Assembly (NCBI GenBank): GCA_965644295.1 | Contig: CBFFRP010000028.1 | Coordinates: 62,001-126,000, forward strand | Length of the DNA stretch: 64,000 nt | Reading direction: 5' to 3' | DNA from: Paraphysomonas bandaiensis | Lineage: Eukaryota > Protista > Chrysophyceae | Shown here: one piece after another, positions 48,311 through 61,402 of the stretch | How positions within the stretch are numbered: the first letter of the stretch is position 1 | Layout of the letters: every line of letters starts with the position of its first letter | Translations under genes and position numbers: made by a program | Notes under the pieces: model-generated | The model's database searches: none | What the model was told of the DNA's origin: nothing | What the model saw: only the letters and a program-made list of their open reading frames with translations

Positions 48311-49471
48311 ATGCAGAGTGTTCGTATCCTGCAGTTGTATCCTGCTTGGGAAATACATGCTCTCCTCAGAATAAATGAGGAGATGTACAGTGCGGAGAAC
48401 ATAGGCTTCCACTTCGCTCAGGGCTACCCACTGCCTCTGTCGCTATCTGGTACATCTCGCGGCGTCACTGCTTGTTCGGGCCCAGGTTCTATAACTGCTT
48501 GTTGCAGGGGAGCAACCACTTTTGAGTCGAAAAACTGGCTCAGTTGGATCACCATAAATGTTATAGAGCCGTCTGATATAATTGTCTATCAGAAGCGGAA
48601 TAATGGAAACAGTGGGGGTGAGGCAACTGCGAGTTCTATGCTATCTGTATGGGGTACCCGATTTGCCACTTCAGCGTACAACTGGTTAAAGGTTCACTTC
48701 TTGCACTCCCGGTACGAGTAGTACCACTGATGAATGATATTCGAATGATATGTGCTCAGGTCGCTGCATACATATTCCTCGGTCGACAGCCTTACGACTC
48801 AAATGGACAGTGCGTATGCTCATATAGTTAGATCTTTGGATGTCCAAGGATCAGGACAACCCTACTTATGCGGCGAAAAGCCGGGTCCTGCGGATGCCCT
48901 GTTGTTTGGACATTTAGTTCGTGCCCTGACTGCTGATGAGCTTTCCCCACTCCGGTCACTGCTGGAAGCTTCTCATCCGAAGTTGCTAGACTACTTCCAC
49001 TCAATATGCCACACATATTTTAGGCAGTTACGATCTGTTTGGCAGGTGAGTACTGCCTGGGCTTTTCTTGTAAATGAGTTGTGGTTCTCACTGTTTTTAT
49101 TGCAGCAAGCCGACTTCACTCTGAGGCATTGCAATCCGGTTGCAGCTACGCATTCGATGTGGTTCCGTACAGGTAAGACTACAGTTACCAGAAAGGAAAT
49201 AGACCTGGTTTATGGCAGTGAGTCAGCGATTTGTATGGATGACGCTGTTGTCCATCGGGCTGGCTCGCTGCCTGGCGTGCTGAATAGTGGGTGCCAGCCT
49301 GTAGAAGCTCGTTGTCCTGTCTTTATCCAATCTATGATTAGTTGCCTTTTGCGTAATTCTTTACGAATTAGCGAGAATGATAATGTTGTGGATGTTGGTT
49401 ACGGTGGAATAACATTCTCGGCTGTGGTTGTTGGCTGCTTTATGTGTTCCTTTGTGAAATTGGTAGCGTAA
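48311..49471 (+). CDS. Metaxin/GST-fold protein with C-terminal hydrophobic tail (multi-exon)
   Basis: YLCGEKPGPADALLFGHL is a GST-C/metaxin motif; terminal GITFSAVVVGCFMCSFV. Exon structure is uncertain. Confidence 0.65.
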
Positions 49472-50727
49472 TGTAGCACTCATAAGGATGAAATAATAAA
49501 AAGTATGATTATTTTTCGCGCACCCAATCAAAACTGGGCATAGCGGACTATATATACTAACCTCTGAAAGCATTTAAAAGATTCATGGATTGTGGCAACT
49601 CCAAGTAGAGAAAGTCCCTGTCTTTATAAATAGCTAAAACAAATGCCCTAGAACCTAAAACAGTGGTTTTCTATGCAACTTCTAGTGATACAAAAGTTAT
49701 AATAGTTTTTTGACTAAAATTCACAGTGTGTACTTCAAGTATATTAAAATATTATTAAAAATCTGCTGTGGAAGACGATATTAAATATTCTACATGTGTC
49801 TTCGTTTGGTCTGTATGTCTGTATCTGTATAATATGTCCCTTACTACGTTAAATATATTATTTAAGATGTGATGAGAGTGATGATGCGGACTGAGAAGCA
49901 ATGATCCTAACCGTAATATAATATCTTACTATACATCTGATACTTCATAATTGCATTTCAGTGCTGACGACACAGGTTTGATAAAATTTTAATGAATGCT
50001 ACACACCATAAGAAGCAAGATGCCACAACTTATCCGAAGTTGGCATTCGTTGAATGATTGAATTGTATAACTTTAGTAACCCTTATCAGTTTCACTCAAT
50101 GCTGGGCATGTATCAGTTTCACATACGACTTATAACAGGCACATGGTTAAAATGAGGTATGGTACTGGACATTTAACATTTTATTTTAAACCACATTTCT
50201 TGTACAGATGTAATAATAAATCGGTACCATCACCGTTTATTCATAGTACAAGTATTAGATAAATGAGAAAACAATCCAATAAAGCCAAAAAGATATAAAA
50301 TAATCTTAAAAAGATACGGAGTAGGAGGCTCTGGAGAAACCGAACAACACAGTCTACAGTCAATACGGCAATGCCGTGACGTTAGGTGAGTATATATGAC
50401 AGAATTGTAGGTAATATGCCGGTATATTGATATTATCCTCTAGATAGTATAAATTTGGTTGAATTTATTGTTTTTGAAGACCATTGAAAATCAAATTGAT
50501 ACGCAGTCGTAGATCCATAGTATTTGGTATTTCCATATATTGCTACTTTTATCTTTGTAATTAATAAATAAGTGCGTAAAAAAGTTTTTGCTGTGTGATA
50601 TACCTCTAAAGTGTGTACTACATAGCAGGTATTTTTCAACCTCACTATCTCGTTATTAACCTTTCTCGAGTACAACTACAATGATGACAGTACTCGTGAC
50701 GTGTTACTTATTTACTATAATGCTGGC

Positions 50728-52761
50728 CAGGGGGCGATAACAATATATTGCAATATATTTTCAGCAAAAATAAATAATAATAATAATTTAAAGACCAATA
50801 ATTATTAAATATATTGCAATATATTGATATACATTGGGCGCTAAGAAGAAGAAGTGAGCTCGATCGGCAGTTTTAGTAGAGGGTACAATACCTAGTTTTC
50901 TCAAAAATTCGTAAAAAATGTTTACTTAATGAAGCAATCATGGAATCAGAGGAAGGAATCCACCAAAACACATCATAAGCAGATATGGAGAATCAACCCA
51001 CTGAACTATACTGTCAAAGTAATAAGAACAAACGGTTTCTTCGCCTGTTCACATACATATTGTATGTAATAAATATGAAAGAGATGACGACCTGTGAGCG
51101 CTTCCTTTTACCCTCAACAAAGTCGGACTCGCATCTTTTCGTGGTGTTCTGGGGGATAAGTACCGGAGATATTTCTCCGGGAAACTAACGTGAGCCGCAT
51201 ATTATATAGTCAGCAGATATATTGTTCTGCCCACTCATAGCCAAATGCTTGTGTGGTACAAGGGACACTAATAAGTGTCACTTGTGTAGACGTCTTTGGG
51301 CCCTGACGAATAAACAGGCATCCGGGAATGGGCCCACCTCAAGGGCATCCGGGACAGGGTCCACCAGAAGGGTAACCGGGGTATTGGGCTGCCTGCTGAA
51401 GTTAAGCATCCGGGATGTTCACCTTAAGAACTCAAAAAACCTGAAGTCAGCAGATGTCAGGTATATCAACATTCTGCTTGCTCCCTGCGTTTGCTTTGAG
51501 TGATTGATGCTGAGTATGAGTTCACATTATTCGGTATCTGTGTGGCCAATGACCGAGGTAATGCGTCAAACTTTACTCATGGATGCATGGCAATGGCAAT
51601 GATGTGATTAGACCTGTCATGTCTTCTCACACGTCTACTGCCTAGTCTTGGTTTCTCCTGACCCAGGTCATTGAGATTATATCAAGCTCTGGCACTGTTC
51701 TCCAAGCAGTGTCAGGTACATTTGTGGTGCTTTTATGTTATTCTTGCTTAGTAGGTTTTCATCCGAGCGGGGAAGGTGCACGGTTTCCTACTAGTGTAAG
51801 TCACTCGGGAGAAGAGTGCAAGGTGGATGCATGTGCTGGACGAGTGCACACAATGGAGGGAAGACATTGGAGTCAGCTTGAATTTGTAACAGATTTTGGT
51901 AGATGTCTGTTTCATGCGTCAGTGTGCAAAATTGCACCAGTGAGACCGCTTCGTGACCGTGGGAGGACCCAGCGCTATAGAGCTACTTTATTCTCCCTTC
52001 CAGACTACCTGCTGCTGTGAACACCACCTTGAAGAGGGCCCTAAAGATCTGCCGCATATACAGGAGACATATGCCGAAGACACCGACCGCAAGTTGTTTG
52101 TGTTAGAACAAGTAGATTGGGCAGGAGCGTATGATCCGGCTTAAACACGCAACTCGTCGTATGCCCATGTAGCTAACTAAATCGTGTTGTATAGTTGAGC
52201 ACTTGTCGGTGCATGCAATAGTAACTAGATGAGAGTCATGTTATGCATAGTGTCGCGCGAGTTGTTAGGTTGGTCGCGGCAACGCACAAGCTTGCGCTTC
52301 TTAATAATCTGACATTCAATATAGTTTGAACCGTATAATGTATAGTTTGGGCGGATATGGCCATCATTTACTGGCATCTTGCTTATTGACTGTTTAGACT
52401 GGTATTCTATTACAGATCACAAGAAAAACATATTTGTATGAGAATGACAGTATCCATTTAAGCAGTTTGGAGTTTACTATTAGGTGAATAGCTTGACAAA
52501 GACAGACAGTACAAATTCTAATATTGAACATGAATAGCGTTCTTCGTTGCAGGTATGTATCAGAATTGGTCGACGTTATAATAATAGATGAGTTATATGT
52601 GAATACGAATAGTGATTTATGGTTGATCAAATATATTTCTAAGACACACAAGCATGAGCAATATACTGTGAGGCCAAAATAATGCTCAATATATTGTAGC
52701 AAGCAAAAATGAATAATTGCAATATTTATATTGCAATCCAATATATTTTTACCTGGCCCTA
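50728..52761. mobile_element. hAT-like non-autonomous DNA transposon, 2034 bp
   Basis: Imperfect TIR CAGGGGGCGATAACAATATATTG / (reverse complement) TAGGGCCAGGTAAAAATATATTG; 8-bp TSD ATGCTGGC (50720-50727) / ATTCTGGC (52762-52769); subterminal ATTGCAAT palindromes at both ends. Confidence 0.8.
51111..52291 (+). repeat. Dispersed repeat family, copy D (body 51111-51428, partly deleted tail 52271-52291), nested in the hAT element
   Basis: Matches the reverse complement of 27288-27583; GCATCCGGGA occurs three times internally. Confidence 0.7.
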
Positions 52762-53064
52762 ATTCTGGCTACTGGCGAATTCTGTTTTGACAAGTGGATT
52801 TGTAAATTGCATATATGATGAGTGTTCTTGTAGCTGAGGAAGAATATATAAAAAAACTAGGGCTCCCCCAAATTACCAGACAGTCTAACCACTACCACTT
52901 CATTGCATAGAATTGGCAGAAGAATAATTATTCTTTCACCAGGTGATAAATCAGATTAGAAGATTTCGGCATGAAAAAGTGCTATAAAATGAACCCTTAA
53001 AATAATGAGGGTGGAAGTTTATTACAGAGCTGAAAACCACCGCAAAGAGACACTATAAATAGAT

Positions 53065-53489
53065 CTAAGAACTCTTCTTTGCAACAGTACCTAAAATAAG
53101 AGAAATCAATGAAAAAAATTAAATGAAATTAGGTCCATACCTTCTCGGAATCCATTCTTAAAGCGTCTAGGAAGGTCCTTAAGGTAGCGCATTCTTCCGG
53201 TTCCAGTTGTGTTGCGGCGCTTTGCCTTCTGGCCCCATTCAACTATTCCAAAAGTCAACCAAATTACATAATACAGACACAGATATACAACTCACAGTGG
53301 CGTCTCTTAGCCCCAGGGTATCCACATGATGCACAGAGAGTCTTCTGTTTGTGGAAAGAAATTTTGCCACAACGTCTGCAGGCAGTGTGGGTCTTAGTGT
53401 GTCTCTTACCGAAGCTCTGAGTTCCTTTTGTCTACAGCGAACAATATTATTCAAAACCATATTCCACATCAATCAACTAATCCTACCAT
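53065..53489 (-). CDS. RPL37: 60S ribosomal protein L37 (eL37), 4 exons, first coding exon is only ATG; not in ORF track
   Basis: Spliced product [88 protein letters not shown]. Confidence 0.97.
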
Positions 53490-54099
53490 GGTGTTAGTCT
53501 ATTTCCCTCCCTGCGGTGTAATTGCAACTCCAATATAAGTAAGAAACCATAATTAACTCGACAGCACTCTGCCCGAGCCTTCATAAAATCATGGTTTCAC
53601 TGCCAACCTTGTATTAGAATGGCGTACAAGGATCTTCAACCGGCATTTATTTTCAGTTTGTTTCTCTGTGGTCGACAGGGGAGTGGACACTACACATCAG
53701 TTTTTTTGGACTTTCGAAAATGCTGGAAATATTAGAAACAACTGGTTTTGAGAAAGGGTTGAGGAGCATACTTTCAGAAGGTTCCGTTTCACAAGATCCG
53801 TGTGGGGGTACACTATAAATATTCACATTAACGTCCATAAATACTCACCATACGTGTACTTGTAATATATGCCAGTTGCCCCTAATAGTTATTCCAGTTG
53901 ATTCTTCTTGAAGTATCTCGATCATGCTGCTCTGTGAGCACACCAGCATCTAGAGCAAATAGATTGTATATATTTTAATTCCTCTCAATATCGAATCCGC
54001 ATCAGTTGATTGACGTACAGGAGATCCCGGCATCAGCAGTATCAGTCCATAGAAATTATTATTAAATTATCGAGTAGAATTTTGTGACCTGTTTTTATA

Positions 54100-57000
54100 A
54101 TGAGTGATTCGGGCAGCGAAAACAACAATAATGATGGCTCTGCGAATGATGATGCTGAGAACACCGGAAGCCACGGCAGTAAGAGCCAAGAAGAGAATGC
54201 TCAGAGTGGAGATGAAAAGGATGATAATGAAAACTACGAAGACGATGGACTCGACGGAGATGAGAATGAAGAACTCGGAAGTGAAATCGGGAGTGACCTT
54301 GGTGATATGGACTATAAAGCATACCGAAGCCAGTACAGTGGTGATGAGGGAGTATCATTCTTGGACCATAAAGTAAACGAGGCAATTCAGAAAAGGAGGG
54401 AAGAAAGGGAACGTGCACAGGCAGCGGGAGAGCTAGCTTATATGGAAAAGATAGTTGATGAGAAATTAGGCGAAGATTTTGAAGACACTCCATGGGTCCC
54501 ACCAACTATTGAACTGGTAAAGTGTAGAAATTAGGCTCAACTATTATAAAATACTGACACTTTTTGCGCAGGCTTGGGAGTATCGACTGGAGAAGCTTTA
54601 CCGGGGAGGAAAGGCTAAACTGAGCAAGGTTAAAATGACGAAGGCAACCGATGTTGGTTTGGGCCTACCAATGTACTTTTTGTTCGCGAAGACATTCGCC
54701 ATCGCAACATTTTTTATGACAATACTCTCTGTCCCTGCTTTGCTTTTTTCCTACTTCGGTCATAGGATTCAAAGTGAGGACGAGGACGCAATAGGCTTCT
54801 ACCAGCTCTCCATCGGAAACATAGGACACGACCCTGAGAGCAAGGACTATGAAGAGGAATCCGCCTGTACTGGCCACCATAACGAGGATCTTAAATGCGT
54901 GGAAGTTTTTACGTTGGAATTTACATTGGTCGAGGTGGCTAACATTCTCATGGTGTGTGAGTTCTTACAAATACTAATATTCTTGTTGGCGATAAATTTC
55001 CTCGAAAAGCGACACGCCCGTATGAAAGCCAGGGCAGATGGACGAACGTGCTCACTGTCTGACTACAGTGTCATGGTTGAAAACATACCACCAGATACTA
55101 CTGTTGAGCAACTCGTGGAGCATTTCTCTAATCTGTATCCACTGGATAAGCCAGACTGGAAGAACCGCCCACCACTTGATCAAGCTGAACCTGTTAAGCA
55201 TGTTTCCAACACCGGTGTATCTTGCCACAAGGGCACTTGGGTTGCAGAAGCAACGGTATTCAAAAAGATTGGTTCTATGATTCGCGCTTTTAAAGACAAA
55301 CAAAAATACATGGATGATCTGTTGCGGTGTCGCGCTCGCATGAAGATGTATAACACCGATACTTGTCACGCTGACGGGCCAAACCCAAGGAAGTTCAGGT
55401 ATTATGTTGATGAAGGTAGTGGTGGGTTAACCGTAGTACTTTTGTGAAGGAAAGCAGAGAAAGATATGATAGCTGCAGGGACGACTATCGACCAACTGAC
55501 GATTCAGTCTCTAAAGCAGGCTAGGTGTGTATTAGATAGTGCTAGACTGGTTATATTACAAGTTTCTGGATGTGCGCAGGAAAAAGATGAAAATTACTGC
55601 ACTGACCGATAAATCAACGGCTCAAAAAAAGACCCGCAATAGTGTTTATGAGCAGCTTGAAGCTGATGCTCTCTGTGGTTTTGTGGTTTTTAATTATGCG
55701 GAGAGCATGGCACGATGTCTGGAAGACTACAGCCACTATAACTCTTACCCTTTCAAGCTTTTTACGCCAAAGAAAATGATATTTCGTGGGCGACATATCA
55801 CTGTCACACATAGCCCGGAGCCAGATGAGATAGTATGGGAAAATCTGGAGGTAGGTGTTGAGCTTTAGGCATTGTTTTTCAAATATCTGTGTTGCAGATA
55901 TCTAAGCGGACTAAGATGTACCGCCGTATGCTGACGGCAGTGTATGCTTTTATTCTGTTGCTGATCGGTATGTCTACTCGGCGGAACAGTGACATGAAAA
56001 ATTACTAAATACTTTTTCAGGCTTTGCATTTATTTTACAATCTGGGAAGTACAAGGCCAAGTTTGATGAAGAAGTGCCTAAGCTGGACATGTGTGAAACG
56101 GAGGTACTGAGTGAATAGCGTCGCAAGACTATATATTCTTTGACTGCCGGCTATATGCTGTCTCTTTAGATACCTGCTTTATTCCACCAGTCCTACGAAT
56201 TACCGTCAGGCGTAGAGTTGGTCCGCCCTGATGAAGGAACGGACTCTACAGGTGATAATTCGTTGGCACCTATGTTTTGCCTGATTGTCATTTGTGAGAA
56301 GGCAGAACTCGAGATGATTATGACTTCGAATGCTCCTCCCTTGTGAAGGTATGTTGAATAAATATGTTAATTTATCTTATTCGTTACAGGGGTCTTTCTA
56401 TGCCATCTACACTATCGATGGGAAGTTTTCACAGCCCCTGGCCAATTATTCTATCATTGATGTGTGTCAGTATGGGTAAGCTAGTGGACATGTGTCACTA
56501 CTACTGTTGATATATTTTACAGCTCCTCTCCAGCAACTACAGATTGTCCTGTGGCTGGTCAGTCTATATTCTGCCCATGCATTTCAACAGATAGCACGGA
56601 TGTGTGTGACACGTTGTCCTGTTCAATACCTGATGATGATCGCGAATGCACTGATTTTCGTGCCTCAACTATTGCTGGGTGCTATTGCTACCACCAACTG
56701 GTATGACATATGCCGCTTATTATATGAACTAATGTCTATCAGTTGGATTTATTCTCCACTGGAGTATTTGGACTTTTATCTAAACTTCAAAGTCAAGACT
56801 CTAGCTGTGAAGCATTTTTTACTAATTATGGCATCGGTATCTTACCATCGCTGCGTTGTATCATTATAACGCCTTATTCCTATGACAGCAAATGTTCTTA
56901 CCCTGGCAGCATCCTTGTGCACCGTGGTTATTAACGTAGGACTTAAATTCACGATGAAAAAGTTGGCAAAGGGAGAGTTACATAATACGATCGATGAAGA

Positions 57001-59367
57001 GCATGTCAGTGCTTTAGATATATACATGTGTGGCGCTTACGTTTGATACAGAGTGCTATTGTCGTTAAAGTGTTCCTTGCCACTTACATTAATATGGCTG
57101 TTGTGGCTCTCGTTGCATTTGGCTACGTGAAAAATAAGCCAGATATAGCTGAATCAGTGAGTAACGGATATTGTCATCAAATATGACATGACCACAATGC
57201 TTTAGGCGCAGCTATTCGATGGGGATTTCGCGGATTTTTCTCCCCGTTGGTATGCTGTGGTAAGATACTTGTATTCATGGTTTGCGCTGCATAATTTGGT
57301 GATGTGGTTTCCTATGATGACAGGTTGGGTCGTATTTAACCCTTACATTCATTCTTCAAATATTTGGTCCCCTTGGTCTGAAGCTATTAAAATACTATGT
57401 GTTGTCCCCGTGCAAGTATGGTACCTAATATCTAGCTATCTAATATTCTCACATCTGTACGTAGAATGTGCTATGCTCACCCGAAAATAAACAACCGAAC
57501 GTCACACAAGTATGCAATGCAAGCAGATGTCAACGCCCTGGTATTTTTACTATTGTTTGTCTATAAATAGTTATTGATTCATCCTGTACACAGGAACTTG
57601 GTGGTGTATTTGATACAACATTACATAATGCTCAGCTCCTCGCCCTCTTGTTCTTTGGAATGACATATGCACCAGGTGGCAATGTGATGTATGCCGTAAC
57701 CTTATAGAACTTTGGGATGTTGTAGTTGGCCTGTCAGAGCGAACTAGTGTACTGTGCAATAGTTGTTGAATGCTAACACTGATATTGTATTTTGGTGTTC
57801 CGTTTATAAAAGAATTCTGATCGGACAATGTCATTTAGGCCTGCCCCTTATGATGCCTCTGAGTATGTTTGCATTTACGTTATACTTGAACATCGACAAA
57901 ATGCTACTGCTGCGTTACTACGCCAAGCCACCAAAGATGGGTGATGCCGTTATGCGGGTACGTTTTCTCTGCATTCTCCTTGGTTCTATAGGATATCTGA
58001 TGATATTGTGAGCAGGTTGTTCTCAAACTCCTTCCGTGGGCATGCGTTATACGTTTGTGCATAGCTTGTTGGATGTATAGCAACTATGATGTCTTTCCGT
58101 ACACGGAGTTAGATATAACTGTGATACCAAGTTTTTCAGCACTTGATACGGAGAGAGTGTCTGAATTATACAACAACTGGGTCGAAAAACAGACTGAAAG
58201 AGACATCCTATTTTTCAATACTGGTGATCGAATCACCAGAGGGAATGTTTTTCCTCTCTTTGTGTTGATGGTCATCATTGTTGTGACGACTTTCATTTTC
58301 AACGCGTAAGTGTCATTGGCTATCGTATTCATGCCTAATATGTGTGACTCATGTAGCATGAAGCACTCGCCGATATACTATTTCGCTAAAGTTATTCACT
58401 GGACTTGGACTCATATACAGCTAAACAAAGCGAGCAATGGGAGGACAAAAAAATTAAGCCCTTTTGAAATTGCGAAACGTGGAGACCCACTGCGAGCAGA
58501 AATGGCCCCGTTTACTGGGGACTACTATCAATTCTTGCAGAGTGAATTCGAAAAGAGTAAACGCGTGTCCAGATGTTTGGGTTTCATTACCAAGTTCGTG
58601 AGGTAAATATTTCTGGCGAACGTATGTATATTCAAACTCTATTAGGCCCGACTTAACAGAAGAGGAGTTGCAGCAAGGGTGGAGAGTTTCCTATCAGGGT
58701 GCATACAAGGTCAAGATGGCCCAGTGGATGAGGACCACCCGCGTGGCAGGTGAGAGTGTATTCACAACGGTCTGTGTGATGACACCCACGGAATACGCAG
58801 GCGTGGGTAGGCCCAAAGGCAGTATTCAACGCACCTATGAACTTATCAGTCTGCACGGTTGCTACTCGTACAATTTATACAAGTAAGTGAAAGAGTACTG
58901 CTTATACGTGGGAGTAATTTTTCCTAGAATTCCTCATTACAAGACCGTGATGATAGCCATACAAGAAGGCATCGAAAGTGTGGCCGCAGACATGGAGATG
59001 GGACTGGTTCGTGCGTCTTTCATTGACACCGTACAACTGTAACCATTAACAGGAGAACGATGTGGACTTGGAGTCGGGACGGACATCGTCAACTTCGCGT
59101 CATATTTCCGTTATTGGGTCGTACAGGAACCGCCAGATAGGCAAGCAGAACTCTGCGGTAGAGAAAGAGAAAGCAAAAGAGGTATTTCAGATACATAATG
59201 GTATGTTTTTACCAATGAATAAATTATATTATTTTGTACAGAAACTGTGGGAAAGACCTGCCAAAGGGAAGAAGACGAAAGTTGCACCGAACAACAGCGA
59301 TGATGAGAATATGTATGGTATTGCAAATGGCGCCGTTTCCAGCGACGATAGTGATGACAGCGACTAG
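54100..59367 (+). CDS. OSCA/TMEM63 (CSC1-like) channel, highly intron-rich
   Basis: GLGLPMYFLF, DYSVMVENIP, GFVVFN, SPEPDEIVWENLE, DFSPRWY, MTYAPGLPL, DKMLLLRYYAKPP; many short GT-AG introns. Confidence 0.88.
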
Positions 59368-60229
59368 TGTTTCATTTAATCATACCATAATTTTTATTTA
59401 TGCTGTACAGTACTCTCAGTCGAGTTTTGGCTCGTTTCATATTTCATTCGAATTCAATTTTATTGATGTTAATTCTTTATATTCGACCCTCACTAGAGAT
59501 GTAATTAATTAGACTTCCAATGCATTGCAAGACGCGGTAACTAATCTTTCTATTCGAGAAATCAAGTTTCACTACTATATAGACATCGTCATGATATCAT
59601 TTCTCATAATACAGCTCATCACTACTGCATTCTTCGACTAACGGTCAATAATTCCAATACCTTAAAATTACAGCTTCTAATTGCTCAAACAGCAATTCTC
59701 AACAGTCATGTAAAACTTATCAATTAGAATCTTTCACTCAGGTTCAGTATGAACGTATGAACACATACTTTTGAACTATGTTAATGATCCTATAGTAAAT
59801 TGTAACCTTTAACTAGCTAAGTGGAGCTGTAGCGCATATAATTACGTGTGGTACACGCGCTATAATTAAAAGTATTTCAATGAATTGTTTCGCAGCCCTG
59901 ACAGATATACATATTGATATATATAGAGGACTAGAAGCACACATAACAACAGCGAATAGTGAATGAATAGGCCCTGGAGGGGAATTTATTTTTGTAGCTA
60001 TAACCCTTTCTACTGAGGGCATTATATGAAGCGTAACAGAATCGCAGCGGAGGGGAAGTTCCAAGGGGACGCTCGATTTGTCATTGTTATGTGTGCAGTG
60101 TGTAATAATTTCAATACACTATTACTACGTGACAAATTAATCACAGTTTACATTATGTTAATAAAACACATGACTAATGCACCAACGGAATAATGCACAC
60201 ATCGGTGCTAACATTGCAATTACTATTGT

Positions 60230-61044
60230 CTAGGGCTGCATCCTAAGCGCCCCATCCAGACGGATGACCTCACCGTTAAGCATAGGGTTCTCAACTATAG
60301 ATTGAACAAGTTGAGCATACTCATCAGGATTTCCCAGGCGTTTAGGGCAAGGGACCGTTGCTGCAAGCGTAGTACGTGCGGCTTCAGGCAATCCCTCTAG
60401 CATGGGAGTGAGAAAGAGACCAGGGGCGATACACATACAGCGGATTCCAGTGGAGGAAAGATCACGAGCTACAGGTAGTGTCATTGCTGCAATAGCGCCT
60501 TTAGACGCAGCATAGGCTGCTTGGCCCATCTGTCCGTCCATTGCGGCAATACTTGCTGTGTTGATGATGACCCCTCGCTGACCGTTGGAATCAGCTTCAT
60601 TCTGAGCCATTTGTTCAGCTGCCAGCCTTACAACATTGAAAGTGCCAACAGTATTCACTTTCAGAACTTGTGAAAAATTTTTCAAGTCGTGTGGGCCTCT
60701 CTTGGAAAGAGTTTTCGATGCAATAGCTATTCCTGCACAATTGACAGCAACGTTTAATTTCCCCCACCGATTCGTTGCCCTACATACACAAACTGTTCAG
60801 CAGGCTCATGAGATACACGTCAGTTATACTTTTCCATTGAATCCTTCACTGCATCTTCATCGCACACATCAATTATCGCAGGAATGGCATTGTCACCGAG
60901 CTGGTCAACCACCTCTTGCGTCTTGGTCGGCGACAGATCGGCAACAACAATTTTAGCACCTTGAGATGCGAGGCGCAGAGCTGTTGCTCTTCCCAATCCT
61001 TGAGCACCACCAGTAACAAAAGCCACAATATGAGACAATGACAT
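60230..61044 (-). CDS. HSD17B10: 3-hydroxyacyl-CoA dehydrogenase type 2 / HSD10 (SDR), 2 exons
   Basis: [58 protein letters not shown]. Confidence 0.93.
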
Positions 61045-61245
61045 TGCAATATAAAGCGATGAGCAAGTGTGAACACGTTATCAACTAAGAGTCACCAGGG
61101 GAGTGTACGTACACAGGTATATATATATGTATATGTCTACATATGCAGGCTTGTCGGAGATGCGATACAACAACAACATCAAGTATACGTACCGTATTTA
61201 CCTCCCACGGGCGGTATTTCCCTTCAAAAAGGATATTCAGACATA

Positions 61246-61253
61246 CGGTATAC
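61246..61253. promoter_or_regulatory. CGGTATAC candidate promoter element (representative copy)
   Basis: Exact copies at 23980, 24114, 30952, 30960, 34503 and 61246, all in gene-upstream intervals. Confidence 0.45.
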
Positions 61254-61402
61254 GGTGCTGTATACCATACCATACCATTGTCAGATTGCTTGTCAGGCTA
61301 CCACCTTAAACATCCAGTTCTGACAGGAGTTCATGCAATAACTCTCATAGTTCAAACCATTGTACACCATCTTACCCTTCACTGTGAGAGAGTTTCGATA
61401 CA

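Noticed and set aside
51222-51503. Cys-rich 93-aa ORF
   Set aside because: Lies in a repeat, has a non-ATG start, and the paralogous copy at 27.4 kb differs by indels.
59960-60070. Sm-site-like ATTTTTG and GC-rich patch (snRNA or twister ribozyme?)
   Set aside because: No recognisable snRNA 5' sequence or twister core.
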